Shown: positions 37,342-46,019, numbered from the stretch's first letter. The stretch is 64,000 nucleotides of DNA from a virus (IMGVR_UViG_3300037247_001689:52333-116332); one strand, 5' to 3'. A program made the numbers and translations. Notes: generated from the letters alone by a model not told the origin.

Positions 37342-37844
37342 CCAGTTTCTGTCGGTATGAAGTTAATTGCAAGCTGCCGGTATGAAATTAAAACACCAAT
37401 CAAGGTAAAATAATCAATCGGTCTATGAAGGAAATCACCGGTTTCACCAAGGAAAACCATTTCCGAATCATTTATATCGATAGAAATGCATCCTTCTTTA
37501 TTGAAAGTTGCAAATTCTAATGGTTCATCAGTTTTATCCTGCTCCCATCCGTTTATTCTAAGGAAATATAGGCAGCGTTTCATTTCTTTTTGTTGATAAG
37601 TTGGTGTATTAGAGATTTTATTTTCAATTTCCCTTTTCCTGTTTGCAGCTTTCCATGACCCGTCACATTTAGAACATTTAAAAGCTGTATTTGGTTTGTG
37701 ACCAACCCCTAGAAGTTCTCCAAAAAGAGTACATCTTTTTCCTAAATAAAGATGGATGCATGTGATATTATCATCATTGCAGTATCTGTCGTTATCAAAA
37801 ATGTGCCATCCTTCTTCAATTTCTATATGTTGTTTTTCTTCCAT
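37338..37844 (-). CDS. Cys-rich hypothetical protein
   Basis: 168-aa ORF. Confidence 0.6.
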   Translation of the reverse strand: MEEKQHIEIEEGWHIFDNDRYCNDDNITCIHLYLGKRCTLFGELLGVGHKPNTAFKCSKCDGSWKAANRKREIENKISNTPTYQQKEMKRCLYFLRINGWEQDKTDEPLEFATFNKEGCISIDINDSEMVFLGETGDFLHRPIDYFTLIGVLISYRQLAINFIPTETG

Positions 37845-37864
37845 TTTTAGTTATTAGTTAAAGT

Positions 37865-38266
37865 TTAAAAACAAGTTTGCCCTGATTTAATTAAATTATC
37901 ATCCTTCTTTTGATTAAGTTCTTTTTCGTGATCTTCAGAAGATTGAAAAGCTGTGCAAGTAGGTTTTTTATCAACATAACACCATTCATCGCGTTGGGTA
38001 TCGGTCATCATGTCACCCCAAATCATACAATGTGGGGGATTACCATCCTTTCCCATTTTAGCGCAAACTTCACAGAACTGGTCTTCAAAAAACATTTGCT
38101 CAGTTCCGTTTGATGGCTGGTAGTGTTCTATTTTTATCAAATTAAGATTGATCTCAAAATAATTAACCCACCCTTTGATACAATCAAACGTTCGTTTATT
38201 ATCTCGTTTACAATTTCCATCTGATTCTAAATTGTAGTGTCTGCATTGTTCTTTGTCGCATTTCAT
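37865..38266 (-). CDS. Cys-rich hypothetical protein
   Basis: YQPSNGTE..FF..FC..C motif; start revised to MKCDK. Confidence 0.6.
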   Translation of the reverse strand: MKCDKEQCRHYNLESDGNCKRDNKRTFDCIKGWVNYFEINLNLIKIEHYQPSNGTEQMFFEDQFCEVCAKMGKDGNPPHCMIWGDMMTDTQRDEWCYVDKKPTCTAFQSSEDHEKELNQKKDDNLIKSGQTCF

Positions 38267-38267
38267 C

Positions 38268-38527
38268 TTAAGCCTCAATTTTTGGATTCACCTTTTCTAA
38301 TTTCCACCCTTCACAATTCTTCATATTCCCGTGGTTGTCCCAATCAGTAATATTTTTTTACACCCTACGATAGAAAGCCAATCTTCATATTCTCCCATGA
38401 TTTTATCCCCACATGTACTACATGATTTAGTCGCTGGATTATTCGGGCATTTACTCTCATGATCTATCATTATTGCTTTATACTTATCAAACTTACCGCA
38501 AAAACTACATTTGTATCCTTCTATCAT
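38268..38527 (-). pseudogene. Zn-binding protein (paralog of 1108..1365) with apparent frameshift at an A7 tract
   Basis: adding one A at 38353-38359 gives ...GCKKNITDWDNHGNMKNCEGWK..., ending 1 nt before the next ATG. Confidence 0.55.
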
Positions 38528-38538
38528 TTTATTTCTCT

Positions 38539-38982
38539 TTAAGGTTTAACTAATTCAGTGTGCTGGTTTGAATTTCCGACCACTTTCTTTTTAAACTCGT
38601 TAATCCAGCTTTGCTTAATGCTGCAACCTGTAACAAATTCTCTACGAGGTATAAATTCAGCAGTAAAACATGCATCATGGTCGTCATATGAAATAACATG
38701 CCGATTGTTTTCTTCTGATTCGATTACGTCATTTTCATAGATATGAACCCCTTTCCATTCTGAAGGAAAATTGCCCCTTAAAGTCCAATCCCCTCTCTGT
38801 TTTTCGGTTATTTCCTGCCAAGTAGTAGTGTCATGAAGCCCTGTCCATTGTTCCAATATCGAGCTGTTCCCACCATCAACTGAAAGCTGATATTCAGCGA
38901 AAAAACCGGCTAAATATTCAAACTTATCAGAAAACGTATAAACATCGTTGAATGGATCGTAGTATCTAAATTTCTTTTTCAT
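38539..38982 (-). CDS. YopX-family protein
   Basis: KFR..D, LEQWTGLHD, GVHIYENDVI, VVGN motifs. Confidence 0.85.
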   Translation of the reverse strand: MKKKFRYYDPFNDVYTFSDKFEYLAGFFAEYQLSVDGGNSSILEQWTGLHDTTTWQEITEKQRGDWTLRGNFPSEWKGVHIYENDVIESEENNRHVISYDDHDACFTAEFIPRREFVTGCSIKQSWINEFKKKVVGNSNQHTELVKP

Positions 38983-38996
38983 AATATGTTTAATGG

Positions 38997-39311
38997 TTAG
39001 TGTTTAACTTCATGACAATCAATATTATATCCTGTTATATGCACCCTTTCAATCACAGTAACTCCTTTATTATAACGCATTGAAAACGATTTACTTTGTG
39101 TCCTGCAATGATACCATTTTATGAATCCCCTGAAAATTTTGTATTTATCTTTTGGTGATTGAACTCCACTTACATCCCATGAGAAATATTCACGCTTAAA
39201 AACTTTTCGATTTACATAAATCGATATTGTGGCTATGTACTCTTTTTTAATTTTTGACGGGTTTTTTAAATTATCAGGTTCTCGTTTTTTCTTCTTAAAA
39301 AAAATAAACAT
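38997..39311 (-). CDS. hypothetical protein
   Basis: 104-aa ORF. Confidence 0.55.
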   Translation of the reverse strand: MFIFFKKKKREPDNLKNPSKIKKEYIATISIYVNRKVFKREYFSWDVSGVQSPKDKYKIFRGFIKWYHCRTQSKSFSMRYNKGVTVIERVHITGYNIDCHEVKH

Positions 39312-39338
39312 AATCTATCTCTCTATTAATGGTTGGTT

Positions 39339-39575
39339 TTATTTACCGTAATTTCTGCCTTTAGTACAAATTAAATGTGAAATATCTCTTGTTATTCCAT
39401 GATGAGTTGGTCTTAAATAATCTAACGGGCATTTATCACAATATTCATGTCCACATTTCACACCTGATAATTTGACAATTATTTCCCTCGCTACTTCTAA
39501 AGCCTCAGCCTTTTTTTCTAATTCTATCACAGGTGCTAACGCTTCATACTCGTCCTTTGTTAAAATAAATTGCAT
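39339..39575 (-). CDS. Cys-rich hypothetical protein
   Basis: AGGAGG RBS; YCDKCP motif. Confidence 0.65.
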   Translation of the reverse strand: MQFILTKDEYEALAPVIELEKKAEALEVAREIIVKLSGVKCGHEYCDKCPLDYLRPTHHGITRDISHLICTKGRNYGK

Positions 39576-39604
39576 AATCCTCCTTAATGGTTAATTGAAG
39601 TATC

Positions 39605-40135
39605 CTATTGTTTGCATTTTTCGCATGATTGAAATGGTTCGCAGTTACATTCTTTTATATTGTCTCTAAATTCATTAAATATTTTTTGTTTTTCAACAAA
39701 CTCTTCCAAAATAATTCTATTATCTCTGTTCTTTAACCCAGAAATAGCAAAATCAAAACAAATTTTTATGTTTGATAATACTTTATCAACAGTATCATTA
39801 GTAAAACCATTTTTGATTGATTTATGATATTTATTGTATATTTTATAAATATACATAATGAACTTTGACTTATCTACTTTTGTGACTATTATTTTTGGTT
39901 TGTCTTTATCATTAATCATCTTATGACATCTTTCACAAACTGTTATAAAATAATTGTCTGGATAGTCCCACGGTTCACGACCATGAATGTATCCTTTATG
40001 GTGAAGCTGTATATTCATGTTCGTGGTGTCATTGCATACCCTGCATAAACTATCATCGCGTTTGAATATTTCGAGCCTTTTCATCTGCCAACGTTTATCT
40101 TTAAATTTATTTGCGTACCAATCTTTTCCTTCCAT
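39605..40135 (-). CDS. HNH-endonuclease-like protein
   Basis: W..KR..IF.RD...C..C...LHH..Y.....WDY...TVC..CH. Confidence 0.8.
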   Translation of the reverse strand: MEGKDWYANKFKDKRWQMKRLEIFKRDDSLCRVCNDTTNMNIQLHHKGYIHGREPWDYPDNYFITVCERCHKMINDKDKPKIIVTKVDKSKFIMYIYKIYNKYHKSIKNGFTNDTVDKVLSNIKICFDFAISGLKNRDNRIILEEFVEKQKIFNEFRDNIKECNCEPFQSCEKCKQ

Positions 40136-41442
40136 TAATAATCTCCATAAGGTTCAAAAAGTGTATACTCAGGTATAAATTTCTGCTTAAACATTCCAGT
40201 TCCACTTTCCCTTGATTTTCCAATAATTATTTCTGCTAAGTCAGGGGTTTCAGTTTTAGGGTTGTAAACAATATCCCGATAAATAAACATGATAATGTCA
40301 GCATCTTGCTCAAATGATCCTGTACCTTTTAAATCTGACATTATAGGTCTTTTATTTGGTCTTTTTTCAAGGTCCCTATTCAATTGGGCTAATGCTATGA
40401 CTGGGCAATTTATAGTCCTGGCTAAGCCTTTAAGACCCCTTGAAACGTCCTCAAGTGCTTCTAGTTTGTTTTTTTTAGGGTCCAGCCCGATTAATTGAGC
40501 GTAATCTATGCAAACCAGATCTAGTTTATTTTGTGAATTTAAATATATTGCCGATGAAATTAACTTATCAAATTTCATATTTGGTTCATCAATGAAAGTT
40601 ATATTATAATCTGACAATTCAGCAGCTGATCCATAAAATTTATCAAGTTCATATCTTTGAAGCTCTTTCCCTGATAAAAGATCACGGGTGTTGATTCTCG
40701 ATTTTTGTGCCACCATTCTATTTATTAATTTTTCTTTACTACTTTCCAGTGAATTTACAAGAATATTTGGCTTGTTACTATGCAACGAACATCCATTTAT
40801 TATATTCAATAAAAATGCGGTTTTTCCCATTGATGGCCTCGCGCCTATTATTATAAAGTCATCATCCTGTAAACCACCTGTTAAATTATCAAACTTTGCT
40901 ATTCCGGTTTTTAAACCAGTATTTGTATTTGGGTTTTTTGCCCTTTCTTCAATATCTAGAACATATTCTGCTATAGCATCTTTTATTTTTGAATATTTTA
41001 TCCCTTTTATGTTATAATTTTTAAGACCATCGTTTAATTTTAGAAGTATATCATCAGGGTCTGCGGAAAGTTGAGAACATTCCTTAGATATTTCATCTGT
41101 CAGCCTTATCAAATATCTAAGCTTATATTTAGATATCAATTCATTACAATATTTTGGGACTCCTGAGATAGCAGGAAACGATTCTTGTAATTCAAGAATG
41201 TACGTCAGTGATGTGTCTCCACCCCTTTTGATTATTTCCTCATGTATTATAACTTCCTCTACAAATATTTTCCCTGAAAATAAATATTTTATAACCTCAA
41301 ATATTATCCTATTATCTGGAATAAAAAAACACTCTGGAGATAATAAATCCAAAACCTCTGGTATAATTTCGTTATTATAAATCATTGCTCCTAACACAGC
41401 CTCTTCTATTTCGATAGAATATGGTACTTGATTAACTTTCAT
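40135..41442 (-). CDS. dnaB: replicative DNA helicase
   Basis: EEAVLG, GARPSMGKT, IDYAQL, AQLNR..E.RP.KRP.MSDL..TGSFEQDAD. Confidence 0.95.
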   Translation of the reverse strand: MKVNQVPYSIEIEEAVLGAMIYNNEIIPEVLDLLSPECFFIPDNRIIFEVIKYLFSGKIFVEEVIIHEEIIKRGGDTSLTYILELQESFPAISGVPKYCNELISKYKLRYLIRLTDEISKECSQLSADPDDILLKLNDGLKNYNIKGIKYSKIKDAIAEYVLDIEERAKNPNTNTGLKTGIAKFDNLTGGLQDDDFIIIGARPSMGKTAFLLNIINGCSLHSNKPNILVNSLESSKEKLINRMVAQKSRINTRDLLSGKELQRYELDKFYGSAAELSDYNITFIDEPNMKFDKLISSAIYLNSQNKLDLVCIDYAQLIGLDPKKNKLEALEDVSRGLKGLARTINCPVIALAQLNRDLEKRPNKRPIMSDLKGTGSFEQDADIIMFIYRDIVYNPKTETPDLAEIIIGKSRESGTGMFKQKFIPEYTLFEPYGDY

Positions 41443-42232
41443 AATTCCCTATGTGAGGGGTGTGTTATTGTTTCAGTAATAGGTACATGTTCACTACTTT
41501 GCAATATTATTGAAGTGAAATGTTCCCTTATTTTCTTTGGACTTCTTAAGTTTGGTATCCATGAAAATTTGTCCGTGCTATTAATCGGATTATGAGCAAA
41601 GTTTATCACTTTCTGAATATCAGAAGCTGATCTTTTATCTATCCTCATAGTATAATCAAAATCTAAACACCATTTTTGATAATTAGGTTCAGGATTATTT
41701 TCATCTGATTTTAATAAAACCTTGTATAAATATTTTGATAATTTCATTTCTAAACAATCGTCCGAAAATTTGTTTTCTGACTTGTTAGTTAATTCTTTTT
41801 TATTATTAGTTGTTTTCTTTCTTCTTGTTTGTGGTTCACCTGATGGTTCACTAGGTAGTTCACTAGACTGTCCGTTAGATGGTTCATCGTCATTTATGCT
41901 TGACTGAAATCTATCATAATTACAGATAGTTATAATAGAAGTTAGATGGTTCGGTTTATGACCAATCATGTTGTCGTCCTCAAGCCGTTTTAGAAAACGT
42001 TTTACTTTATTTCTTGACCACTTCCAATCATCTGCCAATGTCTCTATTGATCTACCAGATTGACCACGTTCAAGTGTTATACGCTGGCCGTTCTTTTCAA
42101 AATATCCAGGTGAATGATTCGCATTTCCAAATAAATCAATCCAAGCTTGACCTTTTGTAAATTTCTCAGATTTCCACATTGAATTTTTAAACAAACTCCT
42201 ATTAACAGCAAAAAAGTTTTTATTTGCCACAT
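41439..42232 (-). CDS. phage replication initiator (lambda O/replisome organiser-like)
   Basis: AWIDL...ANH, LERGQ, SIETLADDWKWSRNKVKRFL, SIITICNYD; directly upstream of dnaB; likely GTG start near 42232. Confidence 0.85.
41790..41956. repeat. iteron-like origin of replication inside the initiator gene
   Basis: five tandem 12-mers at 41830-41889 (consensus GATGGTTCACTA), extra copy near 41945, adjacent AT-rich tract. Confidence 0.7.
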
Positions 42233-42417
42233 TATCTACCCGTATATTTTTTAATTTCTTCCTTGGCTGAATCAGATAAAGGGGAATACCCATTTAATTG
42301 ACCAGCAAAACCAGCATATGTAATATTGATGTCGGTTTTATCTTTAATAAAAGTGTTATAAAACCACTTCAAACTCTGTCCGTTTTCTTTTAATTTTTCT
42401 TTGAATTTCTTTTCCAT
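42232..42417 (-). CDS. small HTH (Cro-like) regulator
   Basis: KEKLKENGQSLKWF...ITYAGFAGQLNG; heads the replication genes. Confidence 0.6.
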   Translation of the reverse strand: MEKKFKEKLKENGQSLKWFYNTFIKDKTDINITYAGFAGQLNGYSPLSDSAKEEIKKYTGR

Positions 42418-42423
42418 AATAAT

Positions 42424-42453
42424 ATATTATTATCCTTAGACACGTTTAGTCAA
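42424..42453 (-). promoter_or_regulatory. promoter predicting a leaderless transcript
   Basis: TTGACT-18 nt-TAATAT-6 nt-ATG. Confidence 0.5.
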
Positions 42454-42541
42454 ATAAAAATCAAACATTCTTACTATGAATAATATTCAAAAATAAAAAC
42501 GTTTGAATGAATTAAATTAATAGTTCAATAATATCAGGTAC

Positions 42542-42850
42542 TTACGAACATCCCTGGGACGATGAGCAATTTCTGCACACGAAACAAGTACCTGTGCGTA
42601 GAAAATCTGTACTCCCGCAAGTTCCACACGGTTCATGATCGCTAGAAGCAACCGGTTTAATTTCTTCAACTTTATTCACTTTACCTTTTTTCGTCATAAA
42701 ATCCGAAAGAGTTATAAAAGCTGTATCAATATTCCTTCTAAAAACTTCTTTCGTTAATTCTATGTCATGCGTCTTACAGGATATAAATAAGCTTTCACTC
42801 TGAGCCATCGCTGTTGAAGAATTATCTTTAATATAATAATCATTAACCAT
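42542..42850 (-). CDS. protein ending in an NrdJ-like C-terminal Cys/Zn-ribbon tail
   Basis: CGTCGSTDFLRTGTCFVCRNCSSSQGCS-stop. Confidence 0.65.
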   Translation of the reverse strand: MVNDYYIKDNSSTAMAQSESLFISCKTHDIELTKEVFRRNIDTAFITLSDFMTKKGKVNKVEEIKPVASSDHEPCGTCGSTDFLRTGTCFVCRNCSSSQGCS

Positions 42851-42855
42851 AAAAT

Positions 42856-42918
42856 CCTTTGTTTGATAGTTACCAGCTAAATTTTTGAAAAGCGTAACCG
42901 AATCTTATCAAACAAAAG
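42856..42918 (-). promoter_or_regulatory. RBS-sequestering hairpin
   Basis: TTTGTTTGATA/TATCAAACAAA perfect arms extending over AAAGG; inner GTTAC/GTAAC and GCT/AGC. Confidence 0.55.
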
Positions 42919-43032
42919 CCATAATCTGAAATTAATAACGTGCATGTTGTTTACTGTTTATTAGAAAACTTTTCATTCTACGTTAAATAGTATTGGAATC
43001 ATTACACATTTGAGCATTATTTAAACCGTTAC

Positions 43033-43515
43033 TTAAGAAACTGTTTGACAATTTCTTTTCCTGTTATTGCTTTTATTATTATTTTGTTCTGTGCTTGTTG
43101 CCCATTTGCAGTTCGATGGTTCATAATTTCCATCGTTATTCATTCTTTCTAACGAATATTTTCTAGAAGGTCTTTTACCCATATCCTTGTAAAAATTAAT
43201 AAAGGAATTTACCCACCTGCCACACATTTGTATTCCTCTTCCTCCATATCGTTTATAGCTTTGGTTTTTCTTATTAGTGCACCTTTGCTTTGCACTCTTC
43301 CAAATAGCATATTCTGGCTTTCCAGAGTTGTTTGTGGTGTTTTTTCTATCATGGTCTTCAATAATTTTTCTGGTCAGTGGCCAGAAAAATTGGCATTCAC
43401 CATCTTTTAAATCATAATCCTCATACAACTGTTCATCAATTGGTACTTCCTCGTGACGCCTGCATTCACCAGATTTTATACAGTCATCATTTTTACACAT
43501 TGTCATTCCAATCAT
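43033..43515 (-). CDS. Cys-rich N-domain fused to HNH-type homing endonuclease domain
   Basis: EY.IW...KQRC.N......RYGGRGI..C.RW..SF..FY.DMG.RP...SLER.NNDGNYEPSNCKWAT. Confidence 0.8.
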   Translation of the reverse strand: MIGMTMCKNDDCIKSGECRRHEEVPIDEQLYEDYDLKDGECQFFWPLTRKIIEDHDRKNTTNNSGKPEYAIWKSAKQRCTNKKNQSYKRYGGRGIQMCGRWVNSFINFYKDMGKRPSRKYSLERMNNDGNYEPSNCKWATSTEQNNNKSNNRKRNCQTVS

Positions 43516-43628
43516 GCTCTACCCGTTCTGTATAATTAGTATTTATTTCTTATCAATTTTAGGTAAAACGGTAATTGTAAACTTTTTCTCGCCTTTTCTT
43601 TTAATGCCGAACATTACTAATTTCATTT

Positions 43629-44012
43629 TTATAACTCCTTGAAATATTTTGTTTCCATAATATCATCAATATTATTAGAGGCTTTTCTTAGATGTTTAAG
43701 GGGGTCATTATCGACTTTAGATTCACTTTCTGGGATCCTTCTTTTTAACATCCGTTCTATCATGTATTTAATTCCTCTTGAGATCGACAATAATTTCTTA
43801 TGTTCTGATCTGTTGATAATTACCTCATCGCCCCAAACTTTATTATAAGGCTTTTTAATAATATCTGCGATACGTGCTCTAATATCATGAGATGTAGATT
43901 TTCCAGAAATGACCAATGAAATAGCGGTTTGCGTTTTTCCTAATTCACCGGCAATCTTTGGCTGGCTGTACTTTTTTTCTTTCAGAGCTTGTCTAATTTT
44001 TTTTGGTTCCAT
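43629..44012 (-). CDS. HTH regulator (Ner/Cro-like)
   Basis: IRQAL..KKYSQ..IA.ELG.TQTAIS.VISGKSTS..I...IA...VW. Confidence 0.8.
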   Translation of the reverse strand: MEPKKIRQALKEKKYSQPKIAGELGKTQTAISLVISGKSTSHDIRARIADIIKKPYNKVWGDEVIINRSEHKKLLSISRGIKYMIERMLKRRIPESESKVDNDPLKHLRKASNNIDDIMETKYFKEL

Positions 44013-44052
44013 TTTTAATTTAAAAAAAGAGTTGAATAATTTGTAATTTTAA

Positions 44053-44097
44053 AATAACTTATGATTCAGTTATAAGTTATTAAAGTTTAATCGTCAA
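44053..44097. promoter_or_regulatory. divergent control region with inverted-repeat operator
   Basis: AATAACTTAT-9 nt-ATAAGTTATT; minus-strand TTGACG-17 nt-TATAAC overlaps it. Confidence 0.6.
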
Positions 44098-44120
44098 GTG
44101 GGGAAATAAATGGAGGTTTT

Positions 44121-44570
44121 ATGGGATTTTTACAAAACAAGTTAAAAGAATTACTAAAGCTGAACGCTATTAATTTAGAAGCAAGGGATTCAAAAGAAGA
44201 AATAGAAATCGCTGAACAAACATTAGTTGCTCTTAAAAATGAGAATAATTATTTTGAGCATCTTTCGGAAAAAGAAATTAAAAATGTTGTAAGGGGTATT
44301 GAAAAAGATTTTAAAAATACTAAGTGTATAATAACAAAAATTAAGAATAAAATGAAATTCGACAAGGACATAGACGTCTCTTTTAGCTTTGGGACATATA
44401 CTATGAGAGTCGGGAAACTTTTTGTTACTATATCTATTCATACTGCAACGGTAGACATAGATAATAATGGCAAAGGGTTAACATTTAATGATGAACATGG
44501 ATTTTTAAGTTTTGTGAAAAAGTACTATATTTCACAGCAAGGACAAAATTTTATTGATGCCATTGATTAA
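44121..44570 (+). CDS. hypothetical protein
   Basis: GGAGG RBS; first gene of the rightward unit. Confidence 0.65.
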   Translation: MGFLQNKLKELLKLNAINLEARDSKEEIEIAEQTLVALKNENNYFEHLSEKEIKNVVRGIEKDFKNTKCIITKIKNKMKFDKDIDVSFSFGTYTMRVGKLFVTISIHTATVDIDNNGKGLTFNDEHGFLSFVKKYYISQQGQNFIDAID

Positions 44571-44592
44571 CAAAACAAACAAATAGAGGATT

Positions 44593-44796
44593 ATGGAAAA
44601 TGATAAAATTTTAAATGTTGATGACAAAGTAAAATTTCATTCGGGTAATTATGCTGGTTTAACGGGCGTTATAACTGAAACTGATTGGAATTCAAAACAC
44701 CCGAAAGCTATTTATGGAGTGTGGCACACAGTAAAATTGTCTAACGGGAAAATAGGTCATATTGAAAAGTCCGAACATTATGAAAAAATAAAATGA
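44593..44796 (+). CDS. small KOW/SH3-like protein
   Basis: VDDKVKFHSGNYAGLTGVI. Confidence 0.55.
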   Translation: MENDKILNVDDKVKFHSGNYAGLTGVITETDWNSKHPKAIYGVWHTVKLSNGKIGHIEKSEHYEKIK

Positions 44797-45230
44797 AACT
44801 AAACTTAGCAAAAACATGGACGGGATGGGAGGCAATTGATGAGAGAGCAAAAGCTTATCATAAAAAAGGCCAATTGGCTGATGTTTATTATCTGGAAATA
44901 AAAAAATATCAAGATCAAAGATCAGCCAAGTTTAATGCTAAATATTGGAAAATGCTCAGTGAAGTCATTAAAAACACTGAAAGATATAGCTCAAGCGAAC
45001 AACTTCACCACGATATCAAATGGGCATTAGGAATCACCACCACTGAGAAAAATGAATTCACAGGCGAAATTATAACAAGGGTTGGGTCTACTGATTTTTC
45101 AAAAATGGGGGCAATTGAGTTCGAAAAATTTTATCAAAATTCCATTACATTAATTATTAAACATATTTTAACTGGAGTAACGAAACAGGAATTAATGGAT
45201 AGGGTTAATCATATTTTGAGGTTTTCTTAA
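44793..45230 (+). CDS. DUF1367/NinB-like protein
   Basis: RS.KFNAKYW.ML, S.DFSKM...EFEKFY. Confidence 0.65.
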   Translation: MKLNLAKTWTGWEAIDERAKAYHKKGQLADVYYLEIKKYQDQRSAKFNAKYWKMLSEVIKNTERYSSSEQLHHDIKWALGITTTEKNEFTGEIITRVGSTDFSKMGAIEFEKFYQNSITLIIKHILTGVTKQELMDRVNHILRFS

Positions 45231-45254
45231 TTACTAACAAAAAAGAGGAGAAGC

Positions 45255-45968
45255 ATGAAAATAAGCAACGAAGTTACAGATGTACTTTCAAATTCAGAAA
45301 TCAAAGGGAATTTACTTTTTCTTCCAAAAGTTGATTTGGATAGGAAACTGCATGTTTCAGTTAATAAGGTTTTAGACGCTCTTGGTGGTAAATGGAACCG
45401 AAAACAAAAAGCGCATATCTTCAAAGAATCACCAGAACAAACACTTGAAGAAATCCTTTTAACTGGGCAATTCACTGATGCAAAAAAAGAATATCAGTTT
45501 TTTGAAACACCTGATTTATTATCGATGTATTTAGTGGAACTGGCAGATATAAAATCAAACGAAACAAGACTTGAGCCAAATGCAGGAAAGGCTGGTATTG
45601 CTAAATTCATTATTGATTGTGATTGCATTGAATTAATGAATGAAAATAGAAAGTATTTATCTGAAAACGGGTATAACCTGGTTGGTGATGATTTTCTTAA
45701 ATTCAATGGTGAATATGATGTTATAGTAGCAACCCCACCATTCTCAAAACAACAGGATATTGACCACGTTACACACATGATAAAACTTGCAAAACGTTGC
45801 GTGGTTTCTGTAATGTCTGCCTCAGTTATGTGGAGAACAAACAAAAAAGCGGTAGATTTCCGCGCAATGGTTGACGAATTAGGTGGTACTTTTGAAGAAC
45901 TTCCAGATGATTCATTCAAGGAAAGTGGAACGATGGTTAAAACCTGCGTTGTTCATATTGAATTGTAA
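45255..45968 (+). CDS. class I SAM-dependent DNA methyltransferase-like protein with degenerate motifs
   Basis: QFFETP, LEPNAG, DFL, VATPPF (normally NPPF), SFKESGT. Confidence 0.8.
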   Translation: MKISNEVTDVLSNSEIKGNLLFLPKVDLDRKLHVSVNKVLDALGGKWNRKQKAHIFKESPEQTLEEILLTGQFTDAKKEYQFFETPDLLSMYLVELADIKSNETRLEPNAGKAGIAKFIIDCDCIELMNENRKYLSENGYNLVGDDFLKFNGEYDVIVATPPFSKQQDIDHVTHMIKLAKRCVVSVMSASVMWRTNKKAVDFRAMVDELGGTFEELPDDSFKESGTMVKTCVVHIEL

Positions 45969-45974
45969 ATCTGT

Positions 45975-45999
45975 TTAAGCGGTCTTAATGATCGCTTAA
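45975..45999. other. intergenic hairpin
   Basis: TTAAGCGGTC/GATCGCTTAA. Confidence 0.55.
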
Positions 46000-46019
46000 C
46001 AATACTTATTAAAGGATAT

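Noticed and set aside
44053-44081. loxP/dif-like recombination site
   Set aside because: Only the ATAACTT...AAGTTAT ends resemble loxP. Arm and spacer lengths differ, no tyrosine recombinase is in the window, and it overlaps a promoter.
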